Source of the DNA: Sulfolobaceae archaeon
GTDB lineage: Archaea; Thermoproteota; Thermoprotei_A; Sulfolobales; Sulfolobaceae
Assembly: GCA_038893355.1 (NCBI GenBank)
Contig: JAWARQ010000001.1
Location: 256,001-320,000, forward strand
Direction of reading: 5' to 3'
Length of the DNA stretch: 64,000 nucleotides
Shown: piece after piece, positions 34,929 through 45,546 of the stretch
Position numbering within the stretch: the stretch's first letter is position 1
Layout: the number at the start of each line of letters is the position of its first letter
Translations under genes and position numbers: made by a program
The notes under the pieces: model-generated
Told to the model about the DNA's origin: nothing
Databases searched by the model: none
What the model saw: only the letters and a program-made list of their open reading frames with translations

Positions 34929-36665
34929 ATGGCAGTGGTAATATCTATTGATAATTCACTATTAACTACAATTTTACAGTTATTATTCTTTATCATGCCA
35001 TTTCTTATGTTTATTCTTACATATCTTCTCTTTACTAGAAGGGTAAATATATTAAGTAGAAGGGAGGCTAGAAATAAGAGTTTTGTATTTCAGAATTATA
35101 TAGATTGGAATGATATATACGATAGTAAGGAAATTAAGCAAAGATTAGAAGAGATAGCTAGAGAAGTAGAAAAAGGTAAAGCTTATGGTGTAATATTATT
35201 CGGTCCTCCCGGGACTGGGAAAACAGTTATGGCCAAGGCTTTAGCTAGTAAATTAAAATGGTCCTATTTCGAGTTAAAACCTAGCAGAATCCTTAGTAAA
35301 TGGTACGGTGAAAGTGAATTATTATTAGAAACTTTTCTAGACGAGGTCGAAAAATCTGCACCTTCTATACTTCTGATAGATGAGTTTGATAGTTTTGCAA
35401 TGAGTAGAGAAGGAGAAATACATGAGGTAACTCATAGATTAGTGAATATTCTGCTGAATAGATTACAAGAATTTCATGATAAGAAGGTAAAAGTACTTGT
35501 AATAGCAACAACTAACTTACCGCAAGAGATAGATGAGGCTTTTTTACGACCTGGAAGATTTGATGAAATTATCTATGTACCATTACCAGATAGGAATAGT
35601 AGGGAAGAGATTTGGAGGGGATATATAAAAAGGGATGATATAGATTATAAAAAGCTATCTGAAAGTAGTGAGAGATTTTCTCCAGCTGATATTAAGAATG
35701 TAGTAGAATATGTAAATTCTAGAGTAAAAAACCCTACAACACAGGATTTTTTAAAGGCTATAACAGAGTATAAGCCATCAGTATCTATTTCAACATTAAT
35801 AAGGTTTGAAAATTTAGCGAGGAAATATTCAAGATATAAGATAGGTATTAAAATTTTTGGTATTCCAGAAGTTAAATGGGAAGATTTAGGTGATTTAGAA
35901 GAAATAAAAAGAATAATAAGAGAATCCGTAGAATTACCTTTACTAAATAAAGAATTGGCTAAAATGCTAAATATAAAACCAGTTAAGGGTATTCTATTAT
36001 ATGGCCCTCCTGGAGTAGGTAAAACGAGTATAGCAAAGGCTATTGCAAATGAGTTAAGGGCAACGTTTATAGAAATTTCTGGCGAAGAATTATCAAGAGC
36101 TGGACCGATAAAGGCTGTTGAAATTATAGCAGAGAAATTTTATATTGCAATAGATAACTCTCCATCAGTAATATTCATAGATGAAATAGACATGATAGCT
36201 AGGTTTAGGGAGATTAATGAGTGGAGAAATGTACTCACAGAGCTGCTTAGACAAATGGATGGGCTTAGAGAAGTTGAAGATGTTATTGTTATAGGTTCTA
36301 CTAATAGACCATGGGATATAGATCCTGCATTGTTAAGGGCTGGTAGGTTTGATAAGATAGTATATGTTCCACCACCTAATGAAGAGGCTCGAAAGAAAAT
36401 CTTAAAAGTACTCTTAAAGGATCTACAAGTTGATGAAGAGACGATAGAGAAAGTTGCTAAGAGAACTGAAGGATTCGTTCCAGCAGACCTTAAGCTTTTA
36501 GTTGATGAAATTAAAAGAAATCTACTCAAAGAGGCTATAGAATCTGGTAAGATAAGAACTAGTATATCATACTCAGATTTTGAAGCCATTCTAGAGAAAA
36601 TTAAACCGAGTGTAGATAAACAAATTTTAGAAGAATATATTAAATTTGGTATTCAAAGAAAATAA
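34929..36665 (+). CDS. Membrane-anchored AAA+ ATPase with two AAA domains
   Basis: N-terminal TM segment. D1: GPPGTGKT, IDEFD, KWYGE, RPGRFD. D2: GPPGVGKT, IDEID, RAGRFD. No Cdc48 N-domain. Confidence 0.9.
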   Translation: MAVVISIDNSLLTTILQLLFFIMPFLMFILTYLLFTRRVNILSRREARNKSFVFQNYIDWNDIYDSKEIKQRLEEIAREVEKGKAYGVILFGPPGTGKTVMAKALASKLKWSYFELKPSRILSKWYGESELLLETFLDEVEKSAPSILLIDEFDSFAMSREGEIHEVTHRLVNILLNRLQEFHDKKVKVLVIATTNLPQEIDEAFLRPGRFDEIIYVPLPDRNSREEIWRGYIKRDDIDYKKLSESSERFSPADIKNVVEYVNSRVKNPTTQDFLKAITEYKPSVSISTLIRFENLARKYSRYKIGIKIFGIPEVKWEDLGDLEEIKRIIRESVELPLLNKELAKMLNIKPVKGILLYGPPGVGKTSIAKAIANELRATFIEISGEELSRAGPIKAVEIIAEKFYIAIDNSPSVIFIDEIDMIARFREINEWRNVLTELLRQMDGLREVEDVIVIGSTNRPWDIDPALLRAGRFDKIVYVPPPNEEARKKILKVLLKDLQVDEETIEKVAKRTEGFVPADLKLLVDEIKRNLLKEAIESGKIRTSISYSDFEAILEKIKPSVDKQILEEYIKFGIQRK

Positions 36666-36670
36666 TTAAT

Positions 36671-37747
36671 TTATCTTTTTATTACACATGCTGCAGTTGG
36701 TGAAAGTAGTACTGGCGCAATTTGTTCAGATATCAGATAAACATCATATTCTTTTTCTTTCGACAAATATTCAACATTAGTATCTTTACTAACAATAATA
36801 TTAAAGCCTTTTTTACTAATTACAAAAATCTCAGTTTCATCAATAATACTAGAGACATAGATATTCCCAATTTGCTTAATTAACTCTAACTCATACACCC
36901 CTGATCTATCCACTATTCGAAATAATTTTGAATAATTAGCCGGTGAAACTAGTATTTGAACCTCCTTAGAGAATCCTTCTCTAGCTAGAATTTCATATGC
37001 CTTTACTACATCTGCTACTATTGAACCTGGTTGATCCCAATTTCCTCCAGATATCTTACTGCCAATTTTTGCAGGAGAAAGAGGATGGGATTTTAATAGT
37101 ACTTCCTCTTCTTGTTCAACAAACCTTCTGCCCGCTATCCATGTTATTCTCTTTAAATTCTCTTCGTTAGTACTTCCTAAATTTATTTTAAACGTGTGAT
37201 AAATATACGGTATTTCATAAATTCCTTGTAATTTTCCTTGATAAGTTTCATCTTTTTCATTCTTTATCTCTGATATTGGTATAGAATAGTTATTATAAGA
37301 ATAGATTAATTCACCTATATTTCTAACTATTCTATTACTACTAATACTCTCAAATATCCATTTTATTACTCTATTTTCCTCTTTTTGAACAACATTACTA
37401 CTTTTTTCAGAAGATATTCCTTCTCTACTTTTTTCAATTTGTAATGGAAAATCCTTTGAAGATCCTAATAACTTAGAGGCCTCTTCCCATCCCTTCTTTA
37501 TATAACTAAATTCTTCTGGAGCGACTTCATACAGTACTCTTAAGAATTCGCCAAAGTGTGCAATTTCCTCCTTTACTATATCCTCATGTACTGCTTTTAA
37601 CTTAGGCTCATCTATTAGCTTATTCTGTTGTAGATAATAGTTAATTGCATCGATTTCTGCAGCTAATGCTGCGCGTAACGCTCTTAGTAATTCCTCTCTA
37701 TCAAATTTCTCCTTTCTGGTAATCACTGAGGGATCTGTAGAGAACAT
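36671..37747 (-). CDS. Family 1 encapsulin shell protein fused to N-terminal ferritin-like (EncFtn/Flp) domain
   Basis: N-terminal AEIDAINYY...EEIAHFGEF (E...EExxH half ferroxidase site), a linker, then an HK97/linocin-like C-terminus (W..PGSIVADV.KAY..L..EG; LVSP..Y.KLFR; D..VEYL...LISE..AP....P.A.CV). Confidence 0.85.
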   Translation of the reverse strand: MFSTDPSVITRKEKFDREELLRALRAALAAEIDAINYYLQQNKLIDEPKLKAVHEDIVKEEIAHFGEFLRVLYEVAPEEFSYIKKGWEEASKLLGSSKDFPLQIEKSREGISSEKSSNVVQKEENRVIKWIFESISSNRIVRNIGELIYSYNNYSIPISEIKNEKDETYQGKLQGIYEIPYIYHTFKINLGSTNEENLKRITWIAGRRFVEQEEEVLLKSHPLSPAKIGSKISGGNWDQPGSIVADVVKAYEILAREGFSKEVQILVSPANYSKLFRIVDRSGVYELELIKQIGNIYVSSIIDETEIFVISKKGFNIIVSKDTNVEYLSKEKEYDVYLISEQIAPVLLSPTAACVIKR

Positions 37748-37783
37748 GTATTATACTAATTTGATTCCTTTAAAAAACTTAGG

Positions 37784-39004
37784 TTAAGAAGAAAAAAGTA
37801 TATCATTAAATGTCAGTATTTGTACATTTGAGGGTCTATTTGTTAAAGAACCAATTCTAGCACCAATTAGCAACTTTATTCCCTTGAGTGCTGCAAGGTC
37901 TACTAGTCTTTGTGTGATTACTCCATCAAAGACTATATACGCTATGTTTGTATTAGTCTGTAGGTTTTCTAATTTATTCACTATATCCCTTACTTGTACT
38001 CTTTCTACTAAATTCCAATTAGAGTCAAGGAAAATTCCTTCTAAAGTCCCTGGTAATTTCTTTACTTCCTCTAAGATTTGAGATGGAATATTTAATACAG
38101 TTTCCTTTACAATTTGCTCTTGTAATTGCTGTTGCTGTTGTTGCTGCTGAACCACAACTAATTGTTGTTGTGCTTCTTGCAATCTCTTCAAGTACTGTGA
38201 TAATGGTATCATATTTGATAATGCTTTAGCTATCTCTTTACTGGTTAATTCTTCTACCTCTCTTCCAGTTGGTGCTCTAGCTACATAATCTATTTTTACA
38301 TTGTGGCTGAGTAATTCTTTTAATATCAAATCTCCGCCATGATCTCCATCTAAGAATGCAATTACAGTCTTTTTCCTTTTTGTTAATTCTACTAAAGAGT
38401 CCGGAATCTTACTTTGCGCGCCTTCTACTGCTATTACATTCTTATAACCATATCTTAATAGGTTTATTACGTCAGCCCTACCTTCTACTAAAACTAATGT
38501 TGGATCTGTTTCTACATCAGGACCTGCAGGTAATCTCTCTTTTCCATATTCTATTAACTCTCCAACTCTTATCGCAGAACTTATTTCATTAATAACCTCC
38601 TTAATATCAAAACTTCTCTCCCTACTCCAACTAGCAAGTATCTCTTTTGCTCTTTCAATTATACTCTTTATTTTCTCTGCTCTTACATCTTGGATTTCTA
38701 TTAGCTGGAATTTAGCGCTATATGGTCCTACCTTTTCTACCTTTTCTACCATTGCTGCTATTAGTGCAGTTTCGACTCTATCAAGGTTTGAGGGTATGGT
38801 TATTTCTCCCTCTACTCTATTTCCCTTCTGCTTTAATTCTACCACAATCCTTCCTAATCTTCCCTTCTCTTGCAATTCTCTAAGATCAAACTCACTTCCA
38901 AATAGATTTTCAGTTTGTCCAAATATTGCCCCTATTACATCTGGCTTATCTACTATACCTTCAACTTCAAACTTTAATCTTATGTTATATTTCAATTCCT
39001 TCAC
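37784..39004 (-). CDS. dnaG: Archaeal DnaG (exosome-associated, TOPRIM)
   Basis: DVIGAIFGQTE, LVEGRADV, FLDGDHGG and FDGVITQRL motifs. Confidence 0.96.
   Translation of the reverse strand: MKELKYNIRLKFEVEGIVDKPDVIGAIFGQTENLFGSEFDLRELQEKGRLGRIVVELKQKGNRVEGEITIPSNLDRVETALIAAMVEKVEKVGPYSAKFQLIEIQDVRAEKIKSIIERAKEILASWSRERSFDIKEVINEISSAIRVGELIEYGKERLPAGPDVETDPTLVLVEGRADVINLLRYGYKNVIAVEGAQSKIPDSLVELTKRKKTVIAFLDGDHGGDLILKELLSHNVKIDYVARAPTGREVEELTSKEIAKALSNMIPLSQYLKRLQEAQQQLVVVQQQQQQQQLQEQIVKETVLNIPSQILEEVKKLPGTLEGIFLDSNWNLVERVQVRDIVNKLENLQTNTNIAYIVFDGVITQRLVDLAALKGIKLLIGARIGSLTNRPSNVQILTFNDILFSS
38126..38149 (-). repeat. CAG/CAA octa-glutamine tract in dnaG linker
   Basis: Eight consecutive Gln codons (ttg/ctg on the + strand). 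Confidence 0.9.
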
Positions 39005-40092
39005 CTAGTTATACTTGCAGATATTTCTTTCACTAATTTTTCCATCTCTGGTTTACTTTGTATACTCTTTCTAATTGGGTCTAGAATCGAATTCAAATAT
39101 TTGGCAGTAGCCCTCTTTAGATCTAACGGGTGAATTTTTCCTTCAACGTATAATCTCTCTGCCTCATCATAACTCTTTACTTCTATATCTCCGCCATATC
39201 TAGATTCTCTCTCTATTTTGAATGTAGATATTCTTGGAAATATTATGTATTTTAGTATTTGAAGAACGGGATTATTTTCAACAACCCCTTTAGGGCAATA
39301 CGCGTTGATTAACTTTCCTTCAACTTCTTCTGGCGGGTCTGATACAAATATTGCTGTTTCTGGTTTAGATTTGCTCATTTTAATTTCTGCTAAGATTTCA
39401 TCTTCCTCTAAATTTTTGCTCGTAGTTAATTGCATTTTTTGTATTCCTTGAAGTCCAACTAATAATGGTGTATGAATTGCAATAACCTTCTTTCTATTCA
39501 TTTTTTCTGCAACATCTCTAGCTAACATATGTGCTTTTCTTTGATCTGTACCGCCTAATGCTATATCTAAATCCATGTACAATATATCCGTTACCTGCAT
39601 TGCAGGATATATTAATTTAGAAGTATCAATATCTGCTTCTTCAGCTTTCCTACCCATAATAGTTAAAGCCCTTTTCATTCTTGCTAAACTGGTATTCTTT
39701 GCAACCCTAAGTACTAGTCCCCAATACTCCTTGTCTTTTACTAAGTCCTCAGCATCAACTATCTCTATATCATTTCTAGATATTCCAAAAGCCTCAAGGA
39801 CGTTTATTGTATATTCTCCTGCTAGCTTAATTTTATTCATGTCCCCTCCTAATTTATCATTTATCCATGCATGCCAGGTCGCTACTAAGATTTTCATATG
39901 GATTCCTGCATCTATTAGATCCTTTACCTTCTGAGCCCATATTAGCCAGCCAATATGAAATAGCCCACTAGGTTCGAACCCTATATAACCCTTTAATTTC
40001 GTTTTCTCTTCAATCCTTTTCCTTAATTCATCAATAGTTACTATTTCTACAGTGTTCCTAGTTATTAATGATAAACGTTTATCAATGTCCAA
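39001..40092 (-). CDS. tyrS: Tyrosyl-tRNA synthetase
   Basis: YIGFEPSG.FHIGW, YPAMQ..D, GGTDQRK and KMSKS motifs. Confidence 0.97.
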   Translation of the reverse strand: MDIDKRLSLITRNTVEIVTIDELRKRIEEKTKLKGYIGFEPSGLFHIGWLIWAQKVKDLIDAGIHMKILVATWHAWINDKLGGDMNKIKLAGEYTINVLEAFGISRNDIEIVDAEDLVKDKEYWGLVLRVAKNTSLARMKRALTIMGRKAEEADIDTSKLIYPAMQVTDILYMDLDIALGGTDQRKAHMLARDVAEKMNRKKVIAIHTPLLVGLQGIQKMQLTTSKNLEEDEILAEIKMSKSKPETAIFVSDPPEEVEGKLINAYCPKGVVENNPVLQILKYIIFPRISTFKIERESRYGGDIEVKSYDEAERLYVEGKIHPLDLKRATAKYLNSILDPIRKSIQSKPEMEKLVKEISASITR

Positions 40093-40135
40093 ATATTAAC
40101 ACCAATTTAAAAATCATTAAAATAAGATAAAAACG

Positions 40136-40462
40136 CTATTCTTCCGTTAAATGCTTAAGGAATATTACAACTGGATGAGTTTTACCTAACCTGTATTCTA
40201 GATCTCTAATTATGAATTCTGGATCAATATCTATCAGCATAAGCTTCTGAATTAATGCTTCAGAGAACCTATAAGAGTTAGCAATTATTTTATCATCGTC
40301 CTCATCCAACTCGTTATCTAAAAAAGAGAATTTTATGTTCTCATCCTTATTAACCAAAGACCTTAAATACTCATCAACTAATTTCTCAATACACTCATAA
40401 GAGTCACAATACTTAAGCTTGTCAGATAAAGAAAGCTTAACAGGAGGCATTCTAAGCCCCAT
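40136..40462 (-). CDS. Hypothetical protein
   Basis: 108-aa ORF co-oriented with its neighbours. Confidence 0.65.
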   Translation of the reverse strand: MGLRMPPVKLSLSDKLKYCDSYECIEKLVDEYLRSLVNKDENIKFSFLDNELDEDDDKIIANSYRFSEALIQKLMLIDIDPEFIIRDLEYRLGKTHPVVIFLKHLTEE

Positions 40463-40491
40463 ATAACTTAAAGTTACTAATAAAAAAGTTA

Positions 40492-40896
40492 TTATTCTCC
40501 AATCAATTTAACTAGAATATTTCGTGTTCTTGGCCCGTCAAATTCTAATAATATTACTCTTTGCCAGGTGCCTAGATCCAGCCTTCCATTAGTAATTGGT
40601 AATGCCCTATAATTTCCTATAATACTCGCAAGAATGTGGGCATGTCCATTATTATCTATAATGTTATGCCTAAATTCACCCTCTGGTGGTACTAACTTCT
40701 TACTCCATAATAGATAATCTTGCATTAAACCCTCTTCAGCCTCATTTATTATTATAGCACACGTTGTATGTTTAGCAAAAATGTAAGCTACTCCTTCCTT
40801 TATCCCATTAACTCTAGATTCTACATCATCAGTTATATCTATACTATCAAACCTAGATCTAGTTCTGACTGAGAACTCCTTAGTTATAACTTTCAT
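40492..40896 (-). CDS. YjbQ/UPF0047 family protein
   Basis: HTTCAIIINE, NGHAH and LGTWQ...EFDGPR motifs. Confidence 0.93.
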   Translation of the reverse strand: MKVITKEFSVRTRSRFDSIDITDDVESRVNGIKEGVAYIFAKHTTCAIIINEAEEGLMQDYLLWSKKLVPPEGEFRHNIIDNNGHAHILASIIGNYRALPITNGRLDLGTWQRVILLEFDGPRTRNILVKLIGE

Positions 40897-40897
40897 A

Positions 40898-41161
40898 TCA
40901 AGTCACGGGATTTGTACCTTTTCCAGCCTTCTTAATTAATTCCTTTGGTACATGAACTAATTGCATTACTCCTTGTGTTTGTACTGCATACATAGGTAAA
41001 CCAGTATTTGGATCGTTTCCTAGTCTTAAGACGCCAGTAACTATTACCTTAAATCTTATGATTGAACCATCTTTTAATTTTAGCGTAATCCATTGAGTTT
41101 CAGACTCACCATCAAAGCCTATTACTTCAGGTTCACCGGGAGGTAATATGGGTAGTGCCAT
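40898..41161 (-). CDS. Small beta-rich conserved hypothetical protein
   Basis: 87 aa with W..LKLKDG.IIR.K...DP..G.P.Y; ends 1 nt before the yjbQ-like start. Confidence 0.7.
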   Translation of the reverse strand: MALPILPPGEPEVIGFDGESETQWITLKLKDGSIIRFKVIVTGVLRLGNDPNTGLPMYAVQTQGVMQLVHVPKELIKKAGKGTNPVT

Positions 41162-41196
41162 ATTTTACTTTTTTACTAATGGGTATATAATATCAT

Positions 41197-42471
41197 ATGG
41201 ATTTAGAAGGCATTGCTCGAAGAATCATTAGTAATAACGGGAATGTTAAAGAGAAAATTAAAGAATTTATAAATTTTTATAAAAAAGATAATCAAATATA
41301 TTCTGAAAAATTCATAGATGCGTTATTAGTTGAAGTTAGAAATTCGCTTAAGGCAAATAGCATGGTTTTTACTTATCCTAATACTGGACTAAGGGCTGGT
41401 GAAGTAGGATTAGGATCTAGGGGTGTTGGAGACAATGTTATTCATGAGGCATTATTTAGAATAAGTAATAGAAACCTAGATACCTTTGATGATGCTGGAT
41501 TTAAAGAGAACGTAGTAGTTTCAATTGATGGTATACATTCTAGATTATCTTATTTTCCTTATCTAGCTGGATTTCACGCAACAAAGGCTACGTTAAGAGA
41601 CATCATGGTTAAAGGTGCAGAGCCATTAGGGGTTTTAGTAGATATTCATTTATCTGATGATAGTGATATAGGAATGTTATTAGATTTTGAAGCTGGAGTA
41701 TCGACTGTAACTGATGCGCTAGGAATCTCTATACTCGCAGGAAGTACACTAAGAATAGGTGGGGATTTAGTAATAGGGGAAAGAATAAGTGGTGCAGTAG
41801 GGTCTGTTGGTATAGTTAGAGGTAAGTTCTTAAGTAGGAGTAACATTGAGCTGGGCGATAAAATAGTAATGACTGAAGGAAATGGTGGTGGTACTATAAC
41901 TACTACTGCAATTTATAACGGGATGCCAGAAATTGTCCTGGAAACAATCTCTATAAAGGAATTAATAGCATGTAAAACTCTCTTAAGAATTAAAAATAAA
42001 ATAAACTCAATGACCGATGTTACAAATGGTGGAATAAGACTCGATGCTCTTGAAATACAAAAGATTAAAAAATATAGTCTCATTATAGACGAAGAGAAAT
42101 TTTTAAGTTTAATAAATCCAAAAGTCAGGAAGATGCTAGATGAGCTTAATATTGATCCCTACGGTATTTCTATAGATTCAATATTAATATTTACAAAGAA
42201 TGAAAAGGAAGTCTTACAACTTCTTGAAAGTAATGGAATTAGAGCAGCTGTAATAGGAGAGGTTACTGAATTTAAGGATGCACCTATCCTACTCTCTAAT
42301 GGTAAGCCATTACAGCCCCGATTTAGAGAATCACCATATACCCCAATAAAGAAGGTAATTGGAAATTATTCACCTTATAGTTTAGAGGAAATTCGAGATA
42401 GATTAGAAAATGGTGTGAAGTATGTTATAAATAAGAAAATGGAGATATTGAAAAATTTAAAAGGAGGGTAA
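41197..42471 (+). CDS. AIR synthase-related protein (PurM/HypE/ThiL superfamily)
   Basis: [28 protein letters not shown] and MTDVTNGG motifs. Confidence 0.85.
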   Translation: MDLEGIARRIISNNGNVKEKIKEFINFYKKDNQIYSEKFIDALLVEVRNSLKANSMVFTYPNTGLRAGEVGLGSRGVGDNVIHEALFRISNRNLDTFDDAGFKENVVVSIDGIHSRLSYFPYLAGFHATKATLRDIMVKGAEPLGVLVDIHLSDDSDIGMLLDFEAGVSTVTDALGISILAGSTLRIGGDLVIGERISGAVGSVGIVRGKFLSRSNIELGDKIVMTEGNGGGTITTTAIYNGMPEIVLETISIKELIACKTLLRIKNKINSMTDVTNGGIRLDALEIQKIKKYSLIIDEEKFLSLINPKVRKMLDELNIDPYGISIDSILIFTKNEKEVLQLLESNGIRAAVIGEVTEFKDAPILLSNGKPLQPRFRESPYTPIKKVIGNYSPYSLEEIRDRLENGVKYVINKKMEILKNLKGG

Positions 42472-42496
42472 GCAGAGGTTAAATAGACTGATACTG

Positions 42497-42970
42497 ATGA
42501 GTCAAACATCATTTAGGTATATAGTAAGAATATTGGGTCAAGATGTAGATGGAACCGTTAAAGTACCGTATGCTCTCGCAATGGTTAAGGGAATTGGTTA
42601 TAATACTGCAATGGCAATTCTAAGAAACTTAGGAATTGATGTTAATAGAAGAATGGGTGAACTATCAGAGGCTGAGGTTAAGAAAATTGAAGAATATTTA
42701 GCAGGAAAAAATATACCAAAAGTACCCAGTTGGATGTATAATAGGAGAAAAGATTACGAGTCTGGCTTAGATCTTCACTTATATACTTCTGATTTAATAT
42801 TTTACGTTAGGAATGATATAGAGAGAGAAAAGAAGATAAAAAGCTGGAGAGGAGTAAGACATGCATTAGGACTTAAAGTAAGGGGTCAAAGGACCAGAAC
42901 TACTGGAAGAACTGGAATGACAGTAGGAGTTAGAAGAAGTAAGCAACAGCAACAACAGCAACAGAAGTAA
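42497..42970 (+). CDS. rps13: 30S ribosomal protein S13 (uS13)
   Basis: KGIG and [20 protein letters not shown] motifs; C-terminal Q7 tract. Confidence 0.98.
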   Translation: MSQTSFRYIVRILGQDVDGTVKVPYALAMVKGIGYNTAMAILRNLGIDVNRRMGELSEAEVKKIEEYLAGKNIPKVPSWMYNRRKDYESGLDLHLYTSDLIFYVRNDIEREKKIKSWRGVRHALGLKVRGQRTRTTGRTGMTVGVRRSKQQQQQQQK

Positions 42971-42981
42971 GGGTGAGAAAG

Positions 42982-43521
42982 ATGGGAGACCCAAGAAAGC
43001 CAAGAAAGAAATGGGAAGGACCTAGTCACCCTTGGATTAAAGAAAACTTACAGAAGGAACAAATATTACTCGGAAAGTATGGTTTAAGAAATAAGAGAGA
43101 ACTTTGGTTAGCTAGGACAATTGTCAAGAAATTTAGGCATCAAGCTAGAGCATTACTAGCACTACCACCAGGTGAACGTGAAATTAGGGAAAAACAATTA
43201 ATATCAAAGTTATATAGAATTGGTCTTCTTAATAGTGAGAACGCAACTCTTGACGAGATTTTAGGCTTAACAGAGGAGAATCTTCTTGAGAGGAGATTGC
43301 AAACGATTGTATATAAGAAGGGGCTAGCTAGGACAATATGGCAGGCCAGACAATTGATAGTACATGGACATATAGCAATTTCTGGAAGGCGTGTTACTTC
43401 CCCCGGTTATATTGTAAGTCGTGAAGAGGAAGATTTAATAGACTATTATCCTACATCTCCATTTAAGCAAAATCCGCCAGTCGCACCTCAACAACCTTCA
43501 CCTTCATCTAGTGGTGAGTAA
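42982..43521 (+). CDS. rps4: 30S ribosomal protein S4 (uS4)
   Basis: [21 protein letters not shown] and [10 protein letters not shown] motifs. GGTGA SD before ATG 42982. Confidence 0.98.
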   Translation: MGDPRKPRKKWEGPSHPWIKENLQKEQILLGKYGLRNKRELWLARTIVKKFRHQARALLALPPGEREIREKQLISKLYRIGLLNSENATLDEILGLTEENLLERRLQTIVYKKGLARTIWQARQLIVHGHIAISGRRVTSPGYIVSREEEDLIDYYPTSPFKQNPPVAPQQPSPSSSGE

Positions 43522-43523
43522 GT

Positions 43524-43922
43524 ATGTCAACAAGAAGAGAAATTAGATGGGGTATAGCTCATATATATGCATCACAAAATAATACTATAATTACGATAAC
43601 TGATTTATCCGGTGCCGAGATAATTTCAAGAGTATCTGGAGGTATGGTTGTTAAGGCCGATAGGGAAAAACCATCCCCTTATGCTGCAATGTTAGGTGCT
43701 TATAGAGCCGCACAAGAAGCTTTAGATAAGGGTATAATGGCCATTCATATTAAAGTAAGAGCACCCGGCGGATATGGTTCAAAAACTCCGGGGCCAGGTG
43801 CACAACCAGCGATTAGAGCACTTGCAAGATCTGGATTTATCGTTGGTAGAATTGAGGATGTAACACCAATTCCACATGATACTATTAGACGCCCTGGTGG
43901 TAGAAGAGGAAGGAGAGTTTGA
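43524..43922 (+). CDS. rps11: 30S ribosomal protein S11 (uS11)
   Basis: [16 protein letters not shown] and [10 protein letters not shown]...GGRRGRRV motifs. Confidence 0.98.
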   Translation: MSTRREIRWGIAHIYASQNNTIITITDLSGAEIISRVSGGMVVKADREKPSPYAAMLGAYRAAQEALDKGIMAIHIKVRAPGGYGSKTPGPGAQPAIRALARSGFIVGRIEDVTPIPHDTIRRPGGRRGRRV

Positions 43923-43934
43923 AAGGTTTTTAAG

Positions 43935-44738
43935 ATGCCCATTAATAAGGTTCTTAAGGAAGGGAATAGAATTCAATTAGTAATGGAAGGTTATCCTTTA
44001 AGCTTTGTAAATGCAATTAGGAGGTCATGCATCCTTTATGTACCAGTGATGGCTGTAGATGAGGTTTACTTTATAGAGAATAATAGTCCGCTGTATGATG
44101 AAATCTTGGCCCATAGGCTAGCAATGATACCTTTTAAGTCAGAAGAAGCTTTAGACTATTACAGGCTTCCAGAAGAATGCATAGATTGTAAGGAAAATTG
44201 TGAGAGATGTTATACTAAAGTGTATTTAGAGTCTGAGGCTATCGATACACCTAAGATTGTATATTCCAAGGATCTAAAATCGGACGATCCTATGATTCAA
44301 CCGCTATCTGGGGAAATTCCAATAGTATTGTTAGGTCCTAAGCAGAAAATTTCCTTAGAGGCCAGATTAAGGCTAGGATATGGTATAGAACACATAAAAT
44401 GGAGCCCAGTGACAATTTCAGTTAGTAGGTATTATCCAAAGATAGAGATTATTGATAGTAATTGTATTAAGGCTTATGAAGTATGTCCAGAAGGTGTTTT
44501 TGAAATAAAGGAAGGTAAATTGTTTGTAAAGAATTTGTTAGCATGTACTCTATGTGAAGAATGCCTTAGAGCATGTCCTAATGGGTTGGTTATAGGTAGT
44601 GAAGAGAATAAGTATATTCTAGAGATAGAAAGTGTTGGAACATTAAGTCCAGAAAGAATTTTATTAGAAGCGGGAAAAAGTATTTTACGTAAATTGGATA
44701 GTTTTGAAAAAGCCGTAATGGAGGCGTTAAAGAGTTGA
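43935..44738 (+). CDS. rpoD: RNA polymerase subunit D (Rpo3) with Fe-S domain
   Basis: [17 protein letters not shown] and the ferredoxin-like CTLCEEC...CP motif. Confidence 0.97.
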   Translation: MPINKVLKEGNRIQLVMEGYPLSFVNAIRRSCILYVPVMAVDEVYFIENNSPLYDEILAHRLAMIPFKSEEALDYYRLPEECIDCKENCERCYTKVYLESEAIDTPKIVYSKDLKSDDPMIQPLSGEIPIVLLGPKQKISLEARLRLGYGIEHIKWSPVTISVSRYYPKIEIIDSNCIKAYEVCPEGVFEIKEGKLFVKNLLACTLCEECLRACPNGLVIGSEENKYILEIESVGTLSPERILLEAGKSILRKLDSFEKAVMEALKS

Positions 44739-45094
44739 AGAGAACGGGTCCTACTAATATAATGTTAAGGAGAATAATACAAAGATTAGAAAAGGAAAAG
44801 AAGCCTATATGGAGGAGAGTTGCAGAGGAACTCTCTGCACCAGCTAGGAAAAGACCTTATATAAATATTTATAAAATTAATAAATATACGAAACCTAATG
44901 ATATTGTAATTGTTCCAGGTAAGGTATTAGGTATTGGAAATCTTGATCATCCAGTAATTGTTGTAGCATATTCATTTTCCAAATCTGCAAAAGAAAAAAT
45001 CCTAAAGGCTGGTGGTCAAATAATGAGTATATTAGAAGCTGTTGAGAAATTTAAAGACTTTAAAGGTAAGACTGTGAGGTTGATGAAGCAATGA
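44735..45094 (+). CDS. rpl18e: 50S ribosomal protein L18e
   Basis: TN, VPGKVLG and [14 protein letters not shown] motifs. Confidence 0.96.
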   Translation: MKRTGPTNIMLRRIIQRLEKEKKPIWRRVAEELSAPARKRPYINIYKINKYTKPNDIVIVPGKVLGIGNLDHPVIVVAYSFSKSAKEKILKAGGQIMSILEAVEKFKDFKGKTVRLMKQ

Positions 45095-45546
45095 GTGTTC
45101 AGAAATCTGAAAATATCGTAATTATCGATGCTGAGAATCAAATTTTAGGAAGAATGGCCACTGAAATTGTAAAGCTATTAAAAAGTGGTAAAGAAGTAAT
45201 AGTTGTTAATGCAGAAAAGGCTGTTGTTAGTGGTCCGAAGAGTAGAGTAGTTAATGGTTATAAACTATTATTTAGTGTGAGAACGTTAAAAAATCCCTAT
45301 AAGCATGGTATTAGGAGACCGAGATCTCCAATAAATATTGTAAAGAGAACAGTTAGGGGAATGTTGCCGAAGAATAACCTAGGTAGAGAAATGTATAAAA
45401 GACTTAAGGTGTATATTGGTATACCAAAAGAATTTGAGGGGAAACAAATGTTAAAATTCGAACACGCAGATGCAAAGAAGTTAAAAAAGACGAAGTATAT
45501 AACTGTTGGTGAATTAGCGAAAGAACTAGGGTGGAAAGGTGTCTGA
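45091..45546 (+). CDS. rpl13: 50S ribosomal protein L13 (uL13)
   Basis: [14 protein letters not shown] and RTVRGMLP motifs. Confidence 0.97.
   Translation: MSVQKSENIVIIDAENQILGRMATEIVKLLKSGKEVIVVNAEKAVVSGPKSRVVNGYKLLFSVRTLKNPYKHGIRRPRSPINIVKRTVRGMLPKNNLGREMYKRLKVYIGIPKEFEGKQMLKFEHADAKKLKKTKYITVGELAKELGWKGV

Noticed and set aside
36671-37747. HK97-fold protein as evidence of a provirus
   Set aside because: No terminase, portal, protease or integrase nearby. The ferritin-like fusion indicates a cellular encapsulin.
42494-42530. CTGATGAG at the rps13 start resembling a hammerhead core or a C box
   Set aside because: No stem II/GAAA and no suitably placed downstream D box. It is explained by the ATG context.
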